Shown here: positions 1 to 10,500 of the stretch, in pieces | Position numbering within the stretch: position 1 is the stretch's first letter | Layout: the number at the start of each line of letters is the position of its first letter | Origin: Cenococcum geophilum | Lineage: Eukaryota | Direction: 5' to 3' | NCBI GenBank assembly: GCA_050273025.1 | Contig: CP158635.1 | Location: forward strand, 15,810,001 to 15,874,000 | Length of the DNA stretch: 64,000 nucleotides | Notes under the pieces: generated by a model | The model's database searches: none | The model's input: only the letters and a program-made list of their open reading frames with translations | Told to the model about the DNA's origin: nothing | Translations under genes and position numbers: made by a program

Positions 1-3000
1 TAGAGCCGCCCGTTGTCGGCGGCGCTAGTATTAGAATTACTACCGCCTAAGCTTTCGCTGCCTAAGCTTTGGCTGCCATTCCCAAAATCATTGTCTCTGT
101 CGTTGTTGTCCTCGTCGTCGTCTAGACTAATAGCATTATTATTAGCACCTTTGCCGTGCGGACTACGCGTATTAGTTTTACTGGCGGTATAGTTACTGCT
201 TTGCTGTGTTAAGCTCGGACTAGCGTATACGTTTAGTACATTATTATACTAATAGCCCACTAATAGCTATAAATTTGACGTTAACTGCGTTATGTAGATA
301 AGTTGCCCTACGTTACCGAGTAAGTTATATATAATTGTTAACGGTTTTAAAGATAACTTTAACGTTATCTTATTTTAATAGACAATCGCCATTACTAATA
401 TTGTGCATTCTGGCACCTAGTAAAGGGTAATATTGGTTAGCTAATAGTCCGCATAGTCACTCTGTCTATAGTTAATAGTATAGTTATATACTACCTTCGC
501 TCCTAAAGAGGATGTTTAAAGGGAGGCAGACTAAGTTATAATATCTGCTTTAGATCTAAAGTGGCGGCGTACTGGTGATAACTTTAGATGTTATAATTTT
601 CTTATGGGCCTTATGCTCCCGTTAAGCCGTTTAAGACTTATTTCTATTGGACCGCGCCGCTTATCCTAGAATAGATAATTGCTACATTTATATTGCTATA
701 AAGTTGCTACACTAGCCCTACGGGACACCTCCTAGTCGCCATTAGGGTTATCCTTACCGCTTTCCCTAACCTTACCATCGCTACTATTGCTTTTATCTTT
801 ACCCGTATATATATCCTTACTAATGTATTAATCGCCCTCCGTTCGTCTATATAGAGAGACTAATTAGCTTAAGGGCTCTAGCGGCCCCGTATCTAGCCTA
901 TGCCCTTAGTATTTACTATCCCCGCCGTTTACTAAATTAAGGATATTGCTTTGAGGTAAGTCTAGGATATTAGCGTTATTGTCTTTACTGCCACCGTCTA
1001 GGTTTTTAGCATTTGGATTATTACTAGTTCTAAGAGGCGAAATTAAGCTACCGCGGCCCGGCGGCGGCGTTAACTTTAGTATATATACAGGACTAGATAT
1101 AAGGCTCTCTGCCTATAGCTAGGCCGACCTTCGCCGCTTTGCTAAATAAGAGTCTTCTAGAACCGGTTCTAAGGTTAAGTCTAGTACTTTTATGGAGGAG
1201 ATAGCCGTATTAGTGGATAAAGTGCGCTTCCGCTTATGTGTTATAGATGGCCGACTCATTATACCTAGATCCTTATAGAGAGGTTCGTCCCGCTTTAGTA
1301 GACTATTTTTAAATACGTTAAAATAGGGACTCTATAAGTCTGTAGGAAGATTACTTACTGTTATATACGCCTCCGGTATTCTCTATAGAGGGGGCGTGTA
1401 TACTAGCTACGTTTAGACCGTTATTCTAATATTCTGGCGACCCGCCACCGGATTAGATATCCCCTATGCTATAGCTTACTCTAGCTATATCGTCCTCTAG
1501 AAATAAAGGAAATTTTATTATTAATTAGTAAATAAAAGCCGTAATGCTATTAATATATCTACCTAGACTGCTTCTATTAAATAACCTATTTATGGCCAAG
1601 TTTATCTCCTTAACGCCTATAGCCTGGTTAGCCCCTTCCTAGCTAGGCTAGTAACTCTGTGGTATTTGCGAAGGAATGGGGCTGAAACCACCTTCGCCGT
1701 CTATACGTATGTATTAGCCAATATCTATTATCTTATACTATTTGAGACGCAGATAATACCTTAATATAGCGAACCTAAAGGATTAATAGCTTTTACTGGA
1801 ACCAGTAGTCCTAGATTTAGAGAACGCAACGCTTTAAAGTCTGGTAGATTAGTTAAGAAGTTGTTAATATTAGCCTACTCTCTATTATATTTGGGGGAGC
1901 TAGCTTTACTAAGGTTAGGTTCTATTATTTTAGGCTTCGCCTTAGGCTTAGCCTTAGATTTCGTTTTAGGCTTAAGTGTTAGAGGAATATAAGGAATATA
2001 TTTTATAGGAGGAAGTAAAGGGGTAAGTAAAAGAGTGCTAAAAGAGAAGGCTATTTTAGTACTAAGATCTACTGGCTTTTTTGGTTGTAAGGATAAGAGC
2101 TAGTCTAGAGGTTAAAATATATGGCTACCTTTCTGAGCTAAGGAGTATTACTTTATATACTGCTGCTAATAACGCCGCCTAAGGTAGGATCGTAAGGAAC
2201 CTATATAAATGCCATATCCTAGCGTAAAAGCTTAGTCGTAGGGGGCAGTGTAAGGGAGCTGCCTGTATTAGGGGTAGTAAGGACTAGCTTAAAGTCCTAT
2301 TGCCTTTAGCGTCTCTAAGATAATTGTATATTGTACTTATAGGTGCTGCGGAGGCTCTATTGTAATAAGAGTATATATAGCTCCCTAGGCGATTAGCTAG
2401 CAAATATTATAAGAAACCCTCTAAACCGTTCTCTATATCTTAGTATGCCTATCTACGTTATAACCTGCCGTCTATATCTTTTAGCTAATTAAGGATCTAT
2501 ATCGCTTTAAATGAAACCGCTAATCGCTAGCTAATTCTTTAATTATTAGCCAACCCCTTATGTAGGACGAGGCTATGTTAGATAACGCATTAATGACCAA
2601 TTCTTGCCGGCCTTGCCCCACGCTAGTTAGATGGTTGGCTTAGAGGGCTTTAGTTACGTCTTATAGCGCGCCTAGCGCTATTGCTGAGCTATTATTGGCT
2701 AACTTCTAGGCACTAGCTCCCTGCTGGTTATATTGCAATATTACAGCTATATTAGACACTTTATATAAGGCGGAGCATTCTGTAGGGGCTATAATGGCAA
2801 TATAAAGGTTATAAGAATAAAATTAATGCCTTATGCTAGTGACTTACCGCGTTATTATTAAGGGATCTAGTCCTAGCGAGATATAGATAATAGAGCGCGG
2901 ATTAGCTAGCGTATTCTACTAAAGGGCCGAAGTTAGAGGGTGTAATATAAGGTAATTAGAGCTAAGATAATAGTATAAGCGCTATGTATTCTTTAGCTAA

Positions 3001-3279
3001 AATATATATTAGGTAGTATATAGTAAATGCTATTAGTAACCCTAAGGTAGAGAATAAGTTCCTAAACGTATAGGCTAGCGTTAACTATGTGACTAGTAGA
3101 AGGTATTACCACTTTAACCGCAGTTATAACTCGCCTAAGAGGAAAGAGTAAAAGTTAATAAGAGAAGGATAGGGAGAGTGTATAAGAGAGAAGGAGAGGC
3201 GTTTATGAACTACTTGTGGGGATAAGTCTAGAAGCGGCTTCTTTAGTAGCGGTTTAGGGTGCCTGGAAGTAGACGGTAT
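1..3279 (-). pseudogene. RIP-inactivated multi-exon gene of unknown function, running off the left edge of the window
   Basis: Minus strand has GT..AG introns at 2847-2780 (gtaagt...ctacag) and 1562-1497 (gtagat...tactaat...ttctag), and possibly one near 3212-3137. It reads as protein with RIP-type stops, e.g. NAPPYIKCLI*L*YC, LAWGKAGKNWSLMRY, TLKPKTKSKAKPKAKP, and DDEDNNDRDNDFGNGSQSLGSESLGG near the left end. The start (ATA for ATG near 3279) is tentative. Confidence 0.55.
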
Positions 3280-3631
3280 AGTCTATATAGAAATAAGACA
3301 ATAGGGAGGAATAGATTAACGGAAGTAGAGTTAGGGATAGTGCATGTGCTGTAGTAGAGTTTGAAAAAAAAAAAAAAGCCTTATAATAGATGATTGGGGC
3401 GTAATAGAGGGGGCGGCTGGGACGGACGGAAGAAGAGCGAGGGGGGAAGGGAGAGAGTAGAGAGAAAAAGTTAGGAAGGATGGAGGATAAAAGACGGCGA
3501 AGGGAGGGCCTTTTATGGTTGGTTGTTAAGGAAGATTGCTAGTTGGGGTGTAGCGCGAAAGTCGTAAGCGAGGCGCGGATTACCTAAACGGGGAGGCTCT
3601 ATTTCCTAATGCAGGCTTACCGTCTAATTGT

Positions 3632-6000
3632 TTACTAAAATTATATTTAATAATAATTTTTAATATATTTTAATTATATATAGCTAGAATAGGTTTATAA
3701 TTAATTATAAATATATTTTAAATATATTAGAAATATGTTTTAAATATATTAGAAAAAACTTATTATTTACCTTTATAGGATTTTTTAAATAGGCTTTATA
3801 AATAGCTTAAACTATTAAAATTACTATAAAATAGGCTATAAATAGCTTATATAGCTCTTTAAGGTAATAATTATTATATTAAAAAATATTTTATAATATT
3901 TTTAAGATATATATATAAGAAAAGATAAGGTAGAAGGTAAGGTTAAATTAAAAGAGGCAGGGTGGGGTGTGGTTATAAGTCGGCTAGACTATACTAAAAA
4001 GTCGGCCTACTATAAGCGCTAATGCATAATCCCTATATAGGGTAGCCCTAGCTTAAAATATAAAGTCGTATAGTTAACCAAGCCCAAATCGCTTATTCTA
4101 CCACACAACTTACCTCCTAATTAAATTTTATTATTATAAGTAACTAGTTATAATATATTTAGAACGTATTTAGAACGTATTTAGAATATATTTAAAATAT
4201 ATTTAGAACGTATTTAGAATGTATTTAGAATATATCTAGAACGTATTTAGAATATATTTAATATATATTCTAATTTAAATAATTTTTTTAGGCCTATAAA
4301 ATAGTATCTTAGAGATAAATATAGCTATAAAATTTAATTAAGTTTCTAATATATTTTAATCTAATTTTAGGTACTTTTTAATTTAGTTTTAAATATATAT
4401 AATCTAAAGTTCTTTTATTATATTTTTAACTAAGAATTATTTAAGCTCTTTAGGTACTAAATAAAAGTTATTATCTATATAAGTAGAGGTTGTAAATAAT
4501 GCTATACGCAGAGCGTATGCGGTAGGGGCTATATAGCGTAGCGTAGGTCACCTAACTACCTACGGCCCGATAGATAGCCCAACCTTTACTACCCCTTTCT
4601 TTCTCCTTTAGTAGACGAGATAAACACAAATAAATCAAGAACTAGTTACCTTATATTGCAATTACAGTACCCCCCTAGGTAATACTAACAGTTATATTTA
4701 TTATATTTATTTAAAAAGTATATATAAATAAGTTTATAATATTTAAATATAATATAAACTAGCTAAATATATATTCCTAAGCTAATAATATTAGTTCTTT
4801 AAATATAAAGGGTAAAAAATAAAAATTTATAAATACCTTTAAATTTTTTTTTATTTTTTTAAAAGATATAAGGTCTAATATAAAGTAAGTAAATAGTATA
4901 GTTATAAGTCGGCTAGACTACGTTAAAAGGTTAGCCTACTATAAGCGCTAATATATAATCCCTATATAGGGTAGCCTTAACTTAAAATATAAAATTATAT
5001 AGTTAACTAAGCCTAAATCGCTTATCCTACTATATAACTTACCTCTTAATTAAAATTAATTATTATAAATAACTAGCTAGAATATGTTTAGAATATGTTT
5101 AGAATATATTTAGAACATATTTAGAACATATTTAGAATATATTTAGAATATATTTAGAATATATTTACTATATATTCTAATTTAAAATACTTCCTTTTAG
5201 TAATAAATAAAATAAAAAAAATTTAAGCTATAAAATAGTATATTAGAGTTAAATATAGCTATAAAAGTAAATTAAGTTCCTAATATATTTTAATCTAATT
5301 CTAATCTAGTTCTAATCTAGTTCTAATTTAGTTTTAAATATATTCTAATCTATTTTTAAATATATATAATTTAAAGTTCCTTTTGTTATATTTATTATAT
5401 TAATTTAATAAGTATAAATATATATATTTAAGCTAATAATATTAGTTCTTTTAAATATAAAGGGTAAAAAATATTATAAATACCCTTAGAATTTATAATA
5501 GTTTTTATAAAATATAAGATCTAATATAAAGAGAGTAAATAGTTTTAATATATATAATTATTATTATTAAAAGTAATAAAAGCTAGTATATAATAATAAA
5601 TATATTTATATTTATATTTATATTTAAGCCTTATTTATATATATAAAGTAGCTTAAACTACTAAAATTATATTTAATAATAATTCTTAATATATTTTAAT
5701 TATATATAGCTAGAATAGGTTTATAACTAGTTATAAATATATTCTAAACGTATTAGAAACATGTTTTAAATATATTAGAAAAAACTTATTATTTACCTTT
5801 ATAGGATTTTATTTTAGTTTAAATAGGCTTTATAAATAGCTTAAACTATTAAAATTACTATAAAATAAGCTATAAATAGCTTATATAGCTCTTTAAGGTA
5901 ATAATTATTATATAAATTTTTTTTATAATAGATTTAAGATAGATATATAAGAAAAGATAGGGTGGATGGTAGGGTCAGGTTGGGAGGGGAAGGGTGGGGT
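3632..6000. repeat. AT-rich mosaic of direct duplications with a 12-bp tandem array
   Basis: 3632-3968 matches 5660-6000; about 3965-4420 matches about 4895-5390; about 4770-4895 matches about 5420-5545. A tatttagaa(c/t)(g/a)-type 12-mer is tandem at about 4155-4260 and 5078-5165. Confidence 0.85.
4472..4690 (+). mobile_element. Solo LTR related to the Copia-like LTRs at 40937 and 43536, in the opposite orientation
   Basis: Starts tatctatataagtagaggtt and ends ccttatattgcaattacagtacccccctaggtaatactaaca, the reverse complements of the two ends of the 43536-44139 LTR. 5-bp TSD gttat at 4467-4471 and 4691-4695. The middle is diverged. Confidence 0.85.
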
Positions 6001-6875
6001 TTGGTGTGGCGGGCGGAGGTTTCGCCTATCGGGCCGACCTTTTAGCGTGGTCTGGCCGACCTGTACGCACGCGTAGACCGTGCACGAGTTACGTGCACGG
6101 GGCACCTGCATTGTAAATCTCTTCATCGTAGCTCAAGGGCCCTAGATCACAAAATAAACCTCAAGTCAAGATTATCAATCAATTAACCCATTTCATCAAT
6201 GAATAGCTCTATATGAGTTATCTGACAAGAGGAGGAGGCGCAGCGTTAGGAGAAAGGAAAGATGGAAGATAAGAGGAAAAGCAGTAAGAGAAATGGCCTT
6301 TTATAGTTAAGGTCGAGGGGCAGTCTTGGCTTAGCCGGGGTTAATAAGCGAGGGCGCCTTACTTATAAAGGAAGCCTCCATTTCCTAATGCGTAGTCTCC
6401 ATCTTATTTTTTACTAAATAAAAAGTGTTTAATAAATTTTATATAAATTAGACAATAGGATAATAGGATAATAGAATAATAGGATAATAAGACGCTAGGA
6501 CCCTATAGAGATCTATAAAGGTAGAAGTTCCTACCTAGGTAGGATATTAGATTTCCCTTCTAATTTTAATTTAATTTATTTAGCCTATAACTCGCCTTCT
6601 TTATAATTTCTAATTAATTATAAATTGCAAGCGCTAAGCCGCTAGTTCGCCTACTTGTAAGCCTTCTATAAGTATTCTTTATACTAGCTTATAGCTGTCG
6701 CTAACCCTACTAGGCGCCGTTAAAGCTCCTACGCCGCTTATAAGCCGCTTCCCTAGCCCTACTAGAACTAATTTACCTCTACTACACTAAGTGTATAGCT
6801 ACCGCTAGGCGGGCTATCTATAGTAAGTAGGCTAACCGTAATTATAGGTACTGCTAACGACTAAATAAGTTATAC

Positions 6876-7058
6876 TGTTATAGTGCTATAATAAAGTAAA
6901 CTAAATAACTACGTTATAGTATAAGGAAAGAAGGTAGAAAGGGGGTATTGTATATAAATAGTAGGGCCAGCCGCTAAGTCACTAGTAGTGGGCTAGCTAA
7001 TAGTAGGAAATAGTATAAGACAGTATAAAATAGTATATATTAGGTTAGTGCCGTAACA
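6876..7058 (-). repeat. 3' LTR of D
   Basis: tgttatagtgc...gccgtaaca; direct repeat of 13753-13939; abuts the polypurine tract. Confidence 0.93.
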
Positions 7059-7330
7059 GTACTCCTTTCCCCTAAATAGTATAAGCTTTATAGTGTGGGA
7101 ATTAAATAAGCAACTTAATTGTAAATTTATGGAAATCAAGAGGTATATATATATAAAATGGTAGCTAAAATAGGAACAGTAATCTGCAAGCAATATTGAT
7201 CTGCGATCAATATATAGGGTGGTGTTAAGGCTGTCTCGGCAGCACCCGTAGTCGGTTACAAATAGTTTAGTCCCTAAACTAAATAAATAACTTAAAAATA
7301 GGCAGTATACGGGGTTGCCTATTTCTTACC

Positions 7331-7535
7331 GTAAAGATATTAGCTTTACTTACCGCCCTTAACTAAGCTAATAGCGATTTTCTATACTGGGCATAGAAAA
7401 TCCTAATTAGTTAGTTTAGTAAGTAAGGTCGGCAGAACTTTATACCGCTACCTAAATCGGTCCGCGTGGCGTTTCTTAGTAAGAATTTAGCCAATTAGAT
7501 AACTTTAACTGCTAGTTAAAGTTCTATAACATCTT
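7331..7535. promoter_or_regulatory. Conserved 3'-UTR palindrome module in D (also in F and G)
   Basis: Palindromes gattttctat...atagaaaatc (7376-7402) and aactttaac...gttaaagtt (7501-7523); CCAAT at 7491-7495. Function is inferred only. Confidence 0.5.
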
Positions 7536-10500
7536 AACTACTACAAATTTTAATACGGTAATCGGCCGCAACCTTAGCGTAACTTTTCCTTATCTTATAC
7601 CTAGTTTAGGGGTTTTAGCTTTTTAGGGTGTTGCTTATAAAAGCGCTATATAGCTTATTTATAACCCTTTAGGTCTTCCTCTAGCTGCTAGGTTATATCT
7701 TTATAATATTTCTATTTAATCTTATAAGTTAGGCCGTAGGGGTCTTCGTTATATATATTAAGGATTTTCTTAAACTTCTATTTATCTTCTATATTACCGT
7801 TATTATCTCTCTCTACTACTCGTCCTTATATATTACGGCGCTTTATAGTATTAATATTTGCTTAGCTAAGGATCTCTTTAACAGCCTAAAGGCGGACCTT
7901 AGATATATAAAAGGATTTATTTACTTAAATATAGTCTAGGAGGTCTACTATAACTACCCCTTAGTATACTGCGAGTACGGGGTACAGGCCGTCCTATTTA
8001 TTATCCTATTTTTTTTTAGGTTTATTTATCTTTATATTTTCTAAGCTAACTATAACTATATCGCCTTCGTAAAATAACACGCTCTTATCCCTATAGGTAT
8101 TAGTATTATCTTTATAGCGTTACTATAAAATCTAGGCTAGGACTTTAAGCTATATTAATATCCGCTTAAAGCGGTTAGCTATAGAGTATACGCAGAGGAA
8201 CTCCTTCTTTACTTATGCTAATAGTATTAGTAGGTAGGAGCCAGCTAGCTTAATTCTAAGGTAAGGATTAAAGCTATAGTTTATAAAAAACAGGGAGATA
8301 CCTATACTCTTATTAACTTAGTTATTTATAGCAAACTTAATAAGTGGCAGGTAGTTAACCTAGTTGTTTTATATAAAGCTAACAAAAGTATAAAGGTATT
8401 TATTTACGGCAGCGTTAATAATTTTAGTTTAGCCGTCTATTTTTAGGTGTTAGGCTAAGCTTAATTATAAGATTATCTTAAGGCGTTTACTTAGTTATTG
8501 CTAGAAGTCGCTAATAAATTATATACCGTAATTAGAGATAATCGTGCTTAGTATACTGTAAAGCTTATATACGTTATTAACAAAGCTATTAACTAGCTCC
8601 TTTATTAAGAGTCCTATTACTAAAATAAGGTATTATATTTTAGTTAGGCAGTCTATAATAATAAGGATATATTTATATACCTTACTATAGCGTTAGTATA
8701 CCAGCAGCGTTATAATATAGTTAATTAAGATATTAGTCTATAGGTGGATAGGTAATTTTAGTATCTTTAAAAAAACTAGGTGGGATAGAACAGGGGGTCT
8801 TAGTATAAAAGTATAGGGCATAGTTTTTAACAAAGGTAGCTATAAACTAGGAGATTTCTAGCTACCAGTATATTTAGTTTAAAAGGTTAAAAGTCTTAAC
8901 CTAGCTAGGGTAACTAGCGAGGCCGCTACTATAAAAGTAATAGGTAACTTTTAGGTAAAGGTTTAGGGCGTTAGGGATAAAGAGATATTAGTAAAAGTAG
9001 ATCTGTTTATTAACAATACTATATTCTAACTTATTATAATAGAGTAATTTCCTAATCTTCTTTAGCTAACAGCGAGCTTTCTAATTATATAGGGCCGCCA
9101 CTATATCTTTTACAAGTTCATTTTCCTAGTATCCTAGCTAAATTAACTTATTTAGTAACTTTTCGGCTATTTTAGGGTCTAGAGCGGCTATAAACTCCGC
9201 GTTATTAAAGTTGTGGGACTTATATAGTAATTCTTCTAAGATTATAGGGTTAACTTTTTAGGGTGGTATAATAACTTAGGCTTAGTAGCGGAGGCGTTTA
9301 TTATTAGCGTCCTTAGGCCTTATTCCTAGTAGCTAGCTTAGGGCATTAGGGAGCGTAGCTTTACTACTAAGTCTATATATAATTATAAAGTTAAACTATA
9401 AAAGAAACTCTGCCTACTAGACTTAGCGCTAATTTAGCTACTTAGTAATTATAAACGTCTATAGGTTCTTATGGTCGGTAATAATTTTAAACAGCTCCTT
9501 AGTCCCTTGCAGCTTAGGACGCTATTCCTCTAAAGCCTTAATAATAGCTAAGAGTTCTTTATTATAGATCTTATAGTTATACTCTAGCGTAAAGTACTTT
9601 ATAAAGAAGAATATAACCAGTCTTAATTTACCATTATTATTATATTAGGAAAGGACTTCACTAAAAGCCTAATTTAATATATCTATCTCTACCACTATTT
9701 TCTTTATATAGTTATAGTATGCTAGTACTAGTACTAAAGTAAAGGCTCCCTTAAGGGCCTTAAACGATTTAGCTTATTTTGGTCCCTATAGCTATCTAAT
9801 ATCCTTCTTTAGGAGTTTTATTATAGGTATAGTAACGGCAAAGTAGCCTTAGATAAATTATTAGTAGAACTTCGCGAAGCCGAGAAATTATTATAGTTCT
9901 TTAATTAATATTAGGTCCTTCTATTCCTATAAGGCCTATACTTTCTTAGGGTCTATAGTTATACTATTAGTTAAGATTATTAAGCTAAGGTATTTTGTTT
10001 TAGTAGGGTAGAACTTAAACTTATTAATATTAATCTAAAGTCTAGCATTACCAAGTCTTTAGATAACTTTATTTATATACTTAGTATACTTAGCGCGTAT
10101 TTTAAAAAAGACAAGGACGTTATTAAGGTAGGCAGTATAGTAGTTATTAAGGGCGTTATATAGAATATAGTTAATATAGTTTTAAAATATAGCGAGTGTA
10201 TTATAGAGGCCAAATAATATAACTAGTATCTTATAGAGTCTAAACTGGGTAATAAATGCTATAAGCTACTTATAGTCCTTTATAATCCAGATCTAGTTAA
10301 ACGTAGCAATTATATTAAGTTTAGTAAAGTACTTAGCACTATAAAGTGCATTAAGTGTCTTATAAATTAGTAGCAGTAGGTACCAATTTTTAATAGTAAC
10401 TATATTTAGGCCTTAGTAGTTATAGCAGATTTATATACTACTGCTAGGCTTAGTAGTAAGGAGGAGTAGTATAGTAGCTAGTAAGGTTAATTCGCGGATA

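Noticed and set aside
6485..6510. Left LTR of element C (taataagacgctaggacccta resembles tattaggacgctaaggcccta at 50726)
   Set aside because: Similarity stops after about 24 bp and no acgga TSD precedes it. At most a remnant.
5923..7193. ORFs 5923-6126 and 6993-7193 (also 59533-59748)
   Set aside because: They cross repeat or LTR boundaries, or lie antisense to gag, and have no domain signal.
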